Source: Oligoflexia bacterium (GTDB lineage Bacteria > Bdellovibrionota > Bdellovibrionia > JABDDW01). Taken from it: a stretch of 56,522 bases of DNA. Position 1 is the stretch's first letter, and the number at the start of each line of letters is the position of its first letter. The notes beneath the pieces were generated by a model. The model worked only from the letters and a program-made list of their open reading frames with translations. It ran no database searches and was not told the origin of the DNA. Both the position numbers and the translations under genes were made by a program. This document shows, one piece after another, positions 28,600 through 38,150 of this stretch. The stretch spans positions 1 to 56,522 of the forward strand of contig JAYTHU010000207.1 of assembly GCA_043732305.1 (NCBI GenBank), written 5' to 3'.

Positions 28600-29864
28600 T
28601 ATGTTCCTTCGAGGTAGTTGTTGGCGTATTTGATTTGCTCTGGGGTAAGGGTGTCGATTTGGTAGCCTTGGGTACGCAGTTTGATTTCAGCCAACATTTG
28701 ATCCTGTGCGGGATCGATGTCGTGAACTGTTGCTGCCATGGTTTTGCCATCTTGAGCAAGTTTGACCATGCCCAAAAATTGGTTGGCGAAACTCATGTCC
28801 ATCACTTCTGAAGGGTGACCTTCAGCTGCGGCCAAGTTGACCAAACGTCCTTGTGCGAGCAAAAACAATCGGCGACCGTTCTTCAATGTGTACTCTTCGC
28901 AGTTGGGGCGAATGGTACGTTTGCTTTCGGCCAAAGATTCCAAATCGGGAATGTTGATTTCACAATCGTAATGACCAGTGTTACAAATGATCGCGCCGTC
29001 TTTCATGACTTCGAAATGGCGTTTCACTAAAACGTCTTTCATTCCGGTAGCGGTGATGAAAATATCTCCGTGCTTAGCGGCTTCGTCCATTTTCATGACT
29101 CGGTGACCATCAAGAGTTGCTTTCAAAGCAGCAGTGGGTCTGATTTCTGTAACGATAACATTTGCTCCCATGCCTTTGGCACGTTCAGAACAACCTTTTC
29201 CGCAGTGGCCGTAACCACCAGAAACGAAAGTCTTTCCAGCAATTAAAACCGACGTCGCGCGGATGATTCCATCCCAACTTGACTGTCCAGTTCCGTAAAC
29301 ATTGTCGAAATCCCATTTGGTTTCAGCGTCATTAACTGCAATGACGGGATATTTAAGAGCACCTTCAGCAGCCATCGCGCGCAGACGATGAACTCCCGTT
29401 GTGGTTTCTTCAGTTCCGCCAATGACGTCTTTCAAATATTCTTGTTTTTTGGTGTGGACGGTCATGATCAAATCGGCGCCGTCATCTAAAGTTAGGGTGG
29501 GACGAAATTCCAAAGATTTTTCAATGCACCAATAAAATTCTTCGCGATTGAGTCCGTGCCAGGCGTAAACGCTGATTCCGTTTTTTGCAAGAGCAGCGGC
29601 AACAGCATCATTGGTGGAAAGCGGATTACAGCCGGACCAGCTGATCTCGGCACCCGCTTCACGTAAGGTTTCAATCAGCACGGCAGTTTCTTTAGTGACA
29701 TGCAAACATCCCGTGATGCGTTGGCCTTTGAGAGGTTTGGTCTTCCCATAAAGTTTGCGGAATTCCATCATGACGGGCATGCGGCTCTCGGCCCATTGAA
29801 TATCTAATCGTCCTTGTTCGGCCAATGACATGTCTTTTACTTTGTAATTCTCAGTTTTGCTCAT
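28599..29864 (-). CDS. ahcY: Adenosylhomocysteinase
   Basis: GCLHVTKETAVL, SGCNPLSTND, EETTTGVHRL, GRLVNLAAAEGHPSEVMDMSF; start at MSKTEN after an AAGGAG RBS. Confidence 0.97.
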   Translation of the reverse strand: MSKTENYKVKDMSLAEQGRLDIQWAESRMPVMMEFRKLYGKTKPLKGQRITGCLHVTKETAVLIETLREAGAEISWSGCNPLSTNDAVAAALAKNGISVYAWHGLNREEFYWCIEKSLEFRPTLTLDDGADLIMTVHTKKQEYLKDVIGGTEETTTGVHRLRAMAAEGALKYPVIAVNDAETKWDFDNVYGTGQSSWDGIIRATSVLIAGKTFVSGGYGHCGKGCSERAKGMGANVIVTEIRPTAALKATLDGHRVMKMDEAAKHGDIFITATGMKDVLVKRHFEVMKDGAIICNTGHYDCEINIPDLESLAESKRTIRPNCEEYTLKNGRRLFLLAQGRLVNLAAAEGHPSEVMDMSFANQFLGMVKLAQDGKTMAATVHDIDPAQDQMLAEIKLRTQGYQIDTLTPEQIKYANNYLEGT

Positions 29865-29933
29865 CTGTGCGCTCCTTGTTTTGGCGGATAATTTCTCAAA
29901 TAAATTCTTAAGTCTTTTCAATTTAACTTTTTT

Positions 29934-31100
29934 TTACAAAAGTTTTTTCAATGCATCCACTCTGTCTAATATTTCCCAAGTGAATCCTTCTTCATTGCGA
30001 CCGAAGTGGCCATAAGAAGCTGTGGGTAGATAGCGTGGTTTTTTTAAATCATAATATTTAACGATTGCGGCAGGTCTTAAATCCCAAAGTTCGCGAACGG
30101 CGCGATTTAATTTATCAAGATCCACTTTTTCAGTTCCAAAAGTTTCGATCATGAGACTTGTGGGCTGCGCGACTCCAATCGCGTAGGAAACTTGCACCAA
30201 ACAACGGTCAGCAGCTCCGGAGGCTACAATGTTTTTTGCCACGTGCCGAACAGCATAACATGCCGAACGGTCAACCTTAGAAGGATCTTTTCCAGAAAAT
30301 GCTCCACCGCCGTGGCCACCATGTCCACCGTAAGTGTCGACGATAATTTTTCTACCGGTCAATCCGGCATCACCTTGTGGTCCACCAATGACAAAACGTC
30401 CTGTAGGATTCACGTGAATTTTAGTGTTCGCATCAATCCACTGTTCAGGGATTTCTTTTTTAATAACGAGAGCCAATAGATCTTCGCGAATTTGTCCCAG
30501 AGAAACTTCAGGACTATGTTGAGTAGAAAGAACAATCGCATCTGCACGATGAGGCTTGCCATCGCGATACTCGATAGTGACTTGACTCTTGCCATCGGGA
30601 CGTAAATATTTCAGATGCCCGTCTTTTCGAACGCCAGCTAACCGCTTGGTCAGTCTATGAGCCAGACTGATAGTGAGAGGCATGAACTCAGGGGTTTCAT
30701 TGATCGCATAACCAAACATCATGCCTTGATCGCCGGCACCTTGTTCTTTGTCGGCGGCCGAATCAACGCCCATTGCAATGTCTGGAGATTGACGACCAAT
30801 GCTTGTAAGCACTGCGCAGGAGTTTCCGTCAAAACCAAGTTCGGGGCTATCATAGCCAATTTTTTTAATCACACCACGCGCAACTTCGGCCATATCAACA
30901 AAAGCAGTAGTGGTGATTTCACCAGCAATCATCGCCACGCCAGTGGTACATAAAACTTCACATGCCACGCGAGAATTTGGATCTTTAGCGAGAAGAGCAT
31001 CTAAAATGCTATCACTGATTTGATCGGCGACTTTGTCGGGATGGCCTTCAGTGACAGATTCGCTGGTGAAAAAATAGTTTTTTTTGCCAAAAGAAGACAT
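29934..31100 (-). CDS. metK: S-adenosylmethionine synthetase
   Basis: [35 protein letters not shown]. Confidence 0.99.
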   Translation of the reverse strand: MSSFGKKNYFFTSESVTEGHPDKVADQISDSILDALLAKDPNSRVACEVLCTTGVAMIAGEITTTAFVDMAEVARGVIKKIGYDSPELGFDGNSCAVLTSIGRQSPDIAMGVDSAADKEQGAGDQGMMFGYAINETPEFMPLTISLAHRLTKRLAGVRKDGHLKYLRPDGKSQVTIEYRDGKPHRADAIVLSTQHSPEVSLGQIREDLLALVIKKEIPEQWIDANTKIHVNPTGRFVIGGPQGDAGLTGRKIIVDTYGGHGGHGGGAFSGKDPSKVDRSACYAVRHVAKNIVASGAADRCLVQVSYAIGVAQPTSLMIETFGTEKVDLDKLNRAVRELWDLRPAAIVKYYDLKKPRYLPTASYGHFGRNEEGFTWEILDRVDALKKLL

Positions 31101-31380
31101 TGAAACTCCTGTTGAAATTTACGCCCTTGAGAATTTATATGAGCTTGTTATTTCAAAATTCAGAGCGAGGGTCAAGTCATTCCTGCTAGCTAGACTTTTG
31201 ACAGGTGTAACAAAATCAGTCATCTCATTTTAATCTTTGCATTCAAGTGTTTGGCGAAACACTGTGACCTCCGAGTTTTTGGCGAAAGCCCAACCGGCAA
31301 TACCCTCCCCCGGCTTGATTTAGAGATACCATTTAATTAAACAATATCAGTAATTTAGATAAATTTTCATCAATTGTAAA

Positions 31381-31396
31381 TGGCATGATTATTGAA
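31381..31396 (+). promoter_or_regulatory. Possible sigma54 promoter
   Basis: TGGCAT-GATTA-TTGAA about 30 nt upstream of ATG 31428. Confidence 0.45.
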
Positions 31397-31427
31397 GTAC
31401 AGTGCGTGTAGGAAGAGAAGAGGGAAA

Positions 31428-31790
31428 ATGAAAAAAACGAGAAAGATTATTGGAACACTCGCATTATTAAGTTTCTCAGCAATAAGTTCTGCTGCTCAAG
31501 CCGATGATAACTACAATGAATTGATAAGTGACAACTACGCTGGAAATTCTTATCTCAATCAAGCCACAGCCTGCTACAATAATGGGGATTATCAAAAAGC
31601 ATTTGATTCCGCGAACTCTGCGGCTGATTCATTCGGAAAAGCGGAGACCATTGCCAACACTTCAAATGAATCGATCTTAGCAAGCAACGCATTTGAGGCA
31701 GTAGTTTCGTCTTTACAACTTGCGGAAGCCGCAAATTCTCGTTTGCCAGACTTGAAGGCGAAAACTTCTGTCAAAGTGACTATGAAATAG
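31428..31790 (+). CDS. Secreted helical hypothetical protein
   Basis: Signal peptide ending AQA; Ala/Asn-rich helical repeat-like body. Confidence 0.7.
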   Translation: MKKTRKIIGTLALLSFSAISSAAQADDNYNELISDNYAGNSYLNQATACYNNGDYQKAFDSANSAADSFGKAETIANTSNESILASNAFEAVVSSLQLAEAANSRLPDLKAKTSVKVTMK

Positions 31791-31793
31791 TAT

Positions 31794-32282
31794 TTATTTA
31801 GTGTGAAAACTTGTTAAATTGATATTGAAAGCTGAATCACCAAAACTTACAGATGATTTGGCCAAACCAAAGGGCACACGAGCTATCCATTGAAACCCTA
31901 TGAAGCTACCGGTCTTTGTAGGCAATCGACAGGCGGGCATTTTCACTTTGGCGACCATAATTTCTTCTTTGACTCCACCGACACATTTCTCTAGCAAAAC
32001 TTTGATAGATTCATCATTCATGATGTCATCCGATGAAATTTTCTCGACCACTTTAGAGAGATGTCCCATCGGCGAAATCTCTTGAGTCTCCTTGGAAAAA
32101 ATTTTGGTGGCGGAATCGTATTCAGTCAATGTCACCATTTCGAGAGCGGTCTGAAAGTTGGCTTGACCTTCGAGCGTGACAACATATTGCTTGTTGTAAT
32201 AAGCGACGTCACCCACTTGTGGCATGGCAAATACCTGAGAGCCGAAAACCAAACCTAAAATAAAAACTAATTTTTGAATCAT
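31794..32282 (-). CDS. Secreted hypothetical protein
   Basis: GGGGGAG RBS, signal peptide ending VFA, conserved-looking C...C...VPFGL pattern. Confidence 0.75.
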   Translation of the reverse strand: MIQKLVFILGLVFGSQVFAMPQVGDVAYYNKQYVVTLEGQANFQTALEMVTLTEYDSATKIFSKETQEISPMGHLSKVVEKISSDDIMNDESIKVLLEKCVGGVKEEIMVAKVKMPACRLPTKTGSFIGFQWIARVPFGLAKSSVSFGDSAFNINLTSFHTK

Positions 32283-32345
32283 GACACTCCCCCCGAGTTT
32301 CACGAAGGGTAGCTTTCAATTATGATTAAAGTCAAGCTTCCAAGA

Positions 32346-33161
32346 TCACTGCTTTGATTTTTTTCTCAATCCATCGCCGATGAAATTAAACGATAACATC
32401 GTGAGAAATAAAACAGTTCCCGGACCGTAAATCAAATGAGGATAGGCACGAAGAGAGCGCCAACCTTCCGCAGCAAGAACGCCCCAGCTACTGTAAGGGG
32501 GTTGCAATCCCAGTCCCAAGAAACTTAGAAAACTCTCTAACATAATATTTGTGGGCACTTGAAAGGTGAGCAGCACAATAAGCGCACCCATAATGTTCGG
32601 CAAAATGTGTCTGAAAACCACCCGACTTGGCGGACTCCCAAGTGCTTGCGCCGCCTCCACAAAAGGCCGGCCTTTCATTTCAATCACTTGCCCACGTACA
32701 AGTCGGGCCACTCCAATCCAACTTATAAGGCTAAGAGCGGCCACGACTTCGAACACGCCTTGCAAATGAGGATCTTGAAATATATGAAAGCGACTAAAAA
32801 ACACCGTGACCAAAATCATCATCACCAGCATTGGAATAGACTGCATTAAATCAAAGAACATCGATAGTGCCGTATCCAATTTTCCGCCAGCATAGCCAGC
32901 CAGACTTCCGAGAATTAATCCAAAGATCAAAGCAAAAAAACTAGTGATCAAGCCAACAAGCAAACTCACTCGCGCGCCATAAACCACACGAGAAAAAAGA
33001 TCTCGCCCAAGATCGTCAGTCCCCATCCAATTTACAGAATTAGGAACAAGCAAAATACGATCAAGATTTTGGGCCGAAAAAGAAAATGGAGCAACCAAGG
33101 GTGCAAAAATCGCAACCAAAATCATAAGCACTAGAAATCCCAAACCTAATTTAAATTTCAT
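32346..33161 (-). CDS. oppC: Oligopeptide ABC permease OppC/DppC
   Basis: WMGTDDLGRDLFSR, FVEAAQALG EAA motif, ESFLSFLGLG. Confidence 0.92.
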   Translation of the reverse strand: MKFKLGLGFLVLMILVAIFAPLVAPFSFSAQNLDRILLVPNSVNWMGTDDLGRDLFSRVVYGARVSLLVGLITSFFALIFGLILGSLAGYAGGKLDTALSMFFDLMQSIPMLVMMILVTVFFSRFHIFQDPHLQGVFEVVAALSLISWIGVARLVRGQVIEMKGRPFVEAAQALGSPPSRVVFRHILPNIMGALIVLLTFQVPTNIMLESFLSFLGLGLQPPYSSWGVLAAEGWRSLRAYPHLIYGPGTVLFLTMLSFNFIGDGLRKKSKQ

Positions 33162-34102
33162 AGTGAGATCACCCGGGAATCGTCCGTTTTGTTTTCGACG
33201 GAAATTCGAGGATCAATCACGGCCGCCAGAATATCAAAAAACATATTTCCTGCGACGAGTAGAATTGAGTAAACAAGAGTAAGCCCAATGAGTAAACTGT
33301 AGTCACGATTGCCAACTGACTCCACAAAATGCTTGGCCACACCAGGAACTGCAAAAATCTGCTCGACAATGAAACTGCCTGATAAAATTTGCGCAAGTAG
33401 ACTTCCTGAGATTGACAGAAGCGGAATCAGACTATTTTTCAAAACATGTTTATAGAGCACATGATTTTCCGTCAAACCTTTGGCTCGCGCTGATTTAATA
33501 TAATCAGTTTGTAGATTTTCAACCGCAGAAGTTCTTACAAGTCTGATGATAAGACTCAGAGGCCTCAACGAAAGCGCCACCACGGGGAGTATCCAGTACG
33601 TGGATCCATTCCAAAGAGCCGGAGGGAGCAGGTCAAAATAAAAGCTAAAAATAGAAATGAGAATGGGGGCCGCCAAAAAAGTAGGAACGCTGCTACCAAT
33701 TTGAGAAAACCCTAAAATAATTTGCGATATGAATACCGACCTACCTGCGGCCAAAATTCCCAAAAAAATTCCAATAAAATAACTTAACAGAAAAGCCATT
33801 CCACCAAGAGCAAACGTGGCCGGTAATGTGTCACGCAGGATGCTAGAAACTTTAACTTCTTGAAAACGATAGGACTCGCCTAAATCTCCAGTGAATAATC
33901 CTCCCATATATGAAGCGTATTGAGTCAATAAGGGATCCCGCAAGTGATAATGATTTTCAACTTGTGCTTTGATTTCAGGTGCAAGAACGACTTCATCGTC
34001 GAAAGGTCCGCCAGGCAAACTCCTCAACAGAAAAAACAAAACGGTGCTGATGAGAAACAGAGTGAGAAAAAACTGCAGCAGTTTTCTCAAAGCTAATTTC
34101 AT
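33158..34102 (-). CDS. oppB: Oligopeptide ABC permease OppB
   Basis: LPGGPFD, GDLGESY, YIKSARAKGL, GSFIVEQIF. Confidence 0.92.
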   Translation of the reverse strand: MKLALRKLLQFFLTLFLISTVLFFLLRSLPGGPFDDEVVLAPEIKAQVENHYHLRDPLLTQYASYMGGLFTGDLGESYRFQEVKVSSILRDTLPATFALGGMAFLLSYFIGIFLGILAAGRSVFISQIILGFSQIGSSVPTFLAAPILISIFSFYFDLLPPALWNGSTYWILPVVALSLRPLSLIIRLVRTSAVENLQTDYIKSARAKGLTENHVLYKHVLKNSLIPLLSISGSLLAQILSGSFIVEQIFAVPGVAKHFVESVGNRDYSLLIGLTLVYSILLVAGNMFFDILAAVIDPRISVENKTDDSRVISL

Positions 34103-35652
34103 TTTTTATCTTCGCTCAAAGTTCTAAAATCAATCAGTCGCATAAAGCTTTGCTCTAGTCCACGAACATAGGGAAGAGCCAAAATCTGATCGTAAAATGA
34201 AAAAAGTGGAATAACTGGATTTTCTTCCTCAACCAAAAGATGCTGCGCTTTTGCAGGGGAAAGTTTTTTGAGAAACTCATCAAAGTTTCTATTTTTCCAA
34301 CCCGAGCGAATTTGAAATGCAGCTTTGGTGTAAGGAGCCAGGTAGAAATAAGGATTGAGACTTCGGCCCAATACTTTTTCTAAAATCATGTAAGGTCTTG
34401 ACTTATTAAAATCTACACGAGAAGTGCTAAATTCTATTTGAAGAATTTTAAGTTCCATCCCCAAACTTTTTTTCAACTGTTCTTTCAACGCTTCTGCTGT
34501 GACCATCCCCACTGCGCCCAGTTTTTTATCCACATAAAGATCATAGGTGAAACTGGGAAGTATTTTTTCTTCATGAGCATTTTTTAAAACCAGTGTAGCC
34601 ATTTCGGAATCGTATTTCATCCCACGATTGCTTTCATAGCCCTCAACACCAGGAGGAATTACGCCGCCAATGGATTGAGTCTCAGGAACAAGCTTGGCTA
34701 ATTCTTCTTTGTTGATCGATAGCGCAATCACACGTCTCAAAATAGGATTACTTAACGGCTTTTGGGTACAACCGATAACCAATTGGAAAAAAGAAAAATG
34801 TGGAGCAGCAAGGCTTGAAACATATTTAAGAGGGGGCTGACTATCGATATCAAATGAAATATCAATTTTCTTCTCGTTCAGTAAATTAACAAGTTTCTCT
34901 TTTCTATTATCGAGCAAAAAATCTATCTTTTGAAAAATTCCTCGGGACTTGTAATAAGTAACATTTTCAAAAAGCTGAACACGCCTCTTAGCGGAAAGAA
35001 TTAAACGGTACGGGCCAATCCACGGGATAAGTTCCAATTTCTTTTTGCGGCCAGCAAAAAGCTCAAGATGTTCATTTCGCAAAGGATAGAGACTTGGATT
35101 TGCAAGCAAATCTAAAAACAATGGTTGAGGGGAACCAAATTCGAAAATAATAGTGGAGCTGTCGGGAGTTTTTATTCCCACTTCACTGAAAAATTTAACC
35201 TTGCCCTCGTAAAATTCTCGGGCATTTTTAACAGGAAATAAAAGGTCAGCAAAAGGGGAATCATTTTCAGGTGTAAGTAATCGCCGAAAAGCATTCACAA
35301 AATGTTCTGACCTTAACTCTTCACCATCGGACCATTTCGCTTTGCGTAAATGAAATGTCCAAACTGTGGAATCAGATTTGCTTTCCCACTTTTCAGCCAG
35401 TGCGGGAATAATTCTGACTTTACTACCGTCTGTTTGATAGTCGACTAAACCTTCCATGAGATGAGTCACAGCCAATACGGACGGCGAATTCATTTCCTTT
35501 TGCCAGTCAAAAGAAAACTTAGACTCGACAAATCCAACAACTAGGGTCGAGAACTTGGGCCGTTGTGTAAATCTTTGAATGTATTTGCAACCAGATAGAA
35601 AAACCATCAAGGACGCGGCACTGAAAATCAAAACACGCGACCGCCTAGTCAT
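34099..35652 (-). CDS. oppA: Peptide ABC substrate-binding lipoprotein OppA
   Basis: Lipobox LSGC; EGLV...PALAEKWE...WTFHLRKAKWSDG family 5 SBP signature; start overlaps the slt stop. Confidence 0.85.
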   Translation of the reverse strand: MTRRSRVLIFSAASLMVFLSGCKYIQRFTQRPKFSTLVVGFVESKFSFDWQKEMNSPSVLAVTHLMEGLVDYQTDGSKVRIIPALAEKWESKSDSTVWTFHLRKAKWSDGEELRSEHFVNAFRRLLTPENDSPFADLLFPVKNAREFYEGKVKFFSEVGIKTPDSSTIIFEFGSPQPLFLDLLANPSLYPLRNEHLELFAGRKKKLELIPWIGPYRLILSAKRRVQLFENVTYYKSRGIFQKIDFLLDNRKEKLVNLLNEKKIDISFDIDSQPPLKYVSSLAAPHFSFFQLVIGCTQKPLSNPILRRVIALSINKEELAKLVPETQSIGGVIPPGVEGYESNRGMKYDSEMATLVLKNAHEEKILPSFTYDLYVDKKLGAVGMVTAEALKEQLKKSLGMELKILQIEFSTSRVDFNKSRPYMILEKVLGRSLNPYFYLAPYTKAAFQIRSGWKNRNFDEFLKKLSPAKAQHLLVEEENPVIPLFSFYDQILALPYVRGLEQSFMRLIDFRTLSEDKK

Positions 35653-38065
35653 CCCAGTTTTCCACACTTGGTTTTGGCCCATTGAATTTCACATTTAATT
35701 TCTGAGCTATAAAAGCCAAGCTATTCGATTTGTGCTCATAAAGTGTTTGATAGACAAAATAATTGCGCAGAACTTTTTTCACGTAATTGCGTGTTTCCAC
35801 ATACGGAATATGTTCTATGAATTCATCTTGATCTAACTTCCCAAAAGTTAGAAGCCACGCTTGAACATGATGAGGACCGGCGTTGTAAGAACCAATCGCT
35901 AGCGGCAAGTTTTGCTCCATGACTTTTCCTAGTCTCTGAAGGTACCAGGTGCCCAACATAATGTTTATTTCTGGATCGAGCAGCATTTCACGTTTAAAAT
36001 CTACTAATTTCAATTTTTGTGCAGCCCGTTTTGCCGTTGGCGTGATCAGTTGCATGAGGCCCATGGCGCCGGCAGATGAGACAGTGTCATATTTAAAAAC
36101 ACTTTCCCCGCGCATGATGCTCCAAACCAGCGCCGGCTGAACATCAAATCTTTTGGCATACTTTAAAACCGATTTTCCAAAGGCTTGAGGAAAAGCGAAG
36201 TTCCAGAGCTTGGACGCGCCCTCCGTTCCTTCTTTTTCCCGTTGATCAGAAAATGTCACGTCAGCCAAATATGCAGCGCGATTGTAATCCCCTACCTTTG
36301 CGTAATCAGACATCAACAATTCAAGATAGTGAATATTGCGAGTGCGTTTTTCGATTTCAAAAAGTTCCGCCCGCGCCCATGCGGTGAAATTTAAATCGAT
36401 CAGATCTTTGACTCGTTCAAATCGAGAAACCAGCGCAGGATCCTTCACTGAAGAATAATCAAGCGAACCCGGAGTGAGATCTTTGGCCGTTTTTTCAGTG
36501 TCTTTTTCTGAATCTTTATCAGAAATTTTATCGCTGATTTTCTCTAATTCTTTGTCGGCGCTTTCTTCCTCTGCAAGTTTGCGACTGAGCGAAATGACCG
36601 CTAGATCACCAACCGGCGTAACGGCCGGAGTGGCGGCCGGAGTGACGGCTCCCGGAGTAACAACTCCCGAAGGCTTTAGTTCTTTGAGTTCAGGAAGTTT
36701 TGGTTCAGATGGCAATGTAGAAAGGCGCGCAATTGCGGCGCCAGTGTAATAGCCTAATCTTTTTTGAACTGTAAGATTCTTGAAAATAGGTCGCGCTTCT
36801 TCGGTGAAACCAAGACGCAAAAGACTCATAGCTTTCCAGTACTGAAGTTTTTCACCGTCAACTCGATCCAATTTCTTTTTTTGAGCTAAAAGATTAAAGG
36901 CTTTTAGCGCTCCATCATAATCTTCTTTTAAATATCTGATCCAAGCGAGATGCCACTGACTATTCCAAGCGATTTTTCCATGAGCATAGCGAAGAAGTTC
37001 TTCGAACTTGCGAGCGGCGCCATCGTAATCTTGATTCTGATAACTTAAAAACGCCGCTTGAAAAAGAGCCTTCTGACCAGATTTTGAACGCGGGTTCATT
37101 TGGTAGGCGCGTAAGAAAGATTGCACGGCAGCGGGGTAGTCATCCGTTTGTGAGTAGGCGCGCCCCAACATCATTTGTGAATCAAAGTTCCTTCCGCCCA
37201 AATCTTGAGCAGCCGTAAAATGAGCTATGGCATCTTTGATTTTTCCTTCGCTCATGTCAGCGTGCCCCAACTGCGTTTCAAAAAAACTCATGTCTACAGG
37301 ATGAGGATTAGGGTTCGCACGAAGTTTCTCTTGCCAGAACTTTGCTTCTATTCGCACTTGCGCAAATTCGCCGCCCATGAAAAGCTGGCCAAATCTTTTT
37401 TCCTGATCTTTCCGAGTGATCACGCACTTGAAGGGCTGGCTAAGATCGAAAGTCCAACCTTTGGCAATTCCATACAATGGATATCGCGCATAAATTTTAA
37501 GTGCGGCAGAGCATGCTGCTGTAGAATTTCCGGGTGACGTCTTTTTAGCTTGGGAAACCTCGAACAAACTAAAGAGAATCTCTGCGTGTTGAGGATCATT
37601 TCGATATTTTTTCTCTAGATCTGTTAAATAACTAATCGCTTCACCAAAGCGCTCTTCTTGGCGAGCAATCAATGCCAGTTGCAATTCTGCGTCTGCCTTA
37701 CGAATACTTGTGGGCTGAGTCTTAAGCACAGCGAGCAATTGTTTTTTCGCTTCAGGCAAATTCTTTTTTTCTAGAGCGATGAGTCCGAGAAAATAATGAG
37801 CGTAATCACTCATTTTTGTGCCCTGATCAATTGCTTTTTGGAAAAACAGAGCGGCATCTTCAGGGTGAGTGGATTTTTGAGATAAAACGGCAATCGCAAA
37901 AGCGAGTTTAGCTAATGCCGCCGGACTCTTCTCGGATGCCATTTGTCCCAGGAGAGTTTTGACCATGGCATCGTTGTCCGCCGGTAAGTTCACGGCGCTA
38001 GCCTGGACGGGCAAGAGAGACAGAAGGAAAGAAATCGCAAATATGAAAAACTTTATACGTTTCAA
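35645..38065 (-). CDS. Soluble lytic transglycosylase with TPR repeats (Slt70-like)
   Basis: C-terminal IMRGES, GAMGLMQL, SYNAGP, IPYVETRNYVKKV; TPR repeats; start uncertain (TTG 38065 or GTG 38134). Confidence 0.92.
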   Translation of the reverse strand: MKRIKFFIFAISFLLSLLPVQASAVNLPADNDAMVKTLLGQMASEKSPAALAKLAFAIAVLSQKSTHPEDAALFFQKAIDQGTKMSDYAHYFLGLIALEKKNLPEAKKQLLAVLKTQPTSIRKADAELQLALIARQEERFGEAISYLTDLEKKYRNDPQHAEILFSLFEVSQAKKTSPGNSTAACSAALKIYARYPLYGIAKGWTFDLSQPFKCVITRKDQEKRFGQLFMGGEFAQVRIEAKFWQEKLRANPNPHPVDMSFFETQLGHADMSEGKIKDAIAHFTAAQDLGGRNFDSQMMLGRAYSQTDDYPAAVQSFLRAYQMNPRSKSGQKALFQAAFLSYQNQDYDGAARKFEELLRYAHGKIAWNSQWHLAWIRYLKEDYDGALKAFNLLAQKKKLDRVDGEKLQYWKAMSLLRLGFTEEARPIFKNLTVQKRLGYYTGAAIARLSTLPSEPKLPELKELKPSGVVTPGAVTPAATPAVTPVGDLAVISLSRKLAEEESADKELEKISDKISDKDSEKDTEKTAKDLTPGSLDYSSVKDPALVSRFERVKDLIDLNFTAWARAELFEIEKRTRNIHYLELLMSDYAKVGDYNRAAYLADVTFSDQREKEGTEGASKLWNFAFPQAFGKSVLKYAKRFDVQPALVWSIMRGESVFKYDTVSSAGAMGLMQLITPTAKRAAQKLKLVDFKREMLLDPEINIMLGTWYLQRLGKVMEQNLPLAIGSYNAGPHHVQAWLLTFGKLDQDEFIEHIPYVETRNYVKKVLRNYFVYQTLYEHKSNSLAFIAQKLNVKFNGPKPSVENWDD

Positions 38066-38150
38066 GGTGGTTCTTTTTTCTCTTAAAGTTTTCTTGTGGG
38101 TTTCTGCTTTTAACTTTGTTTTAACATATAGCACATGTTACGAAAATCCT

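Noticed and set aside
27707..28673. Diversity-generating retroelement as the cause of the skewed gene ends
   Set aside because: No reverse transcriptase or TR/VR repeat pair in the window; the changes are synonymous and C/A-directed rather than adenine-specific diversification.
31101..31330. SAM/SAH or c-di-GMP riboswitch upstream of metK
   Set aside because: I could not match the conserved cores of SAM-I, SAM-II, SAH or GEMM aptamers by eye; an Infernal/Rfam scan would be decisive.
37959..38150. N-terminal extension of the radA ORF
   Set aside because: It is antisense to the slt 5' end; the RadA zinc finger begins at MAKQKTVYVC (38151).
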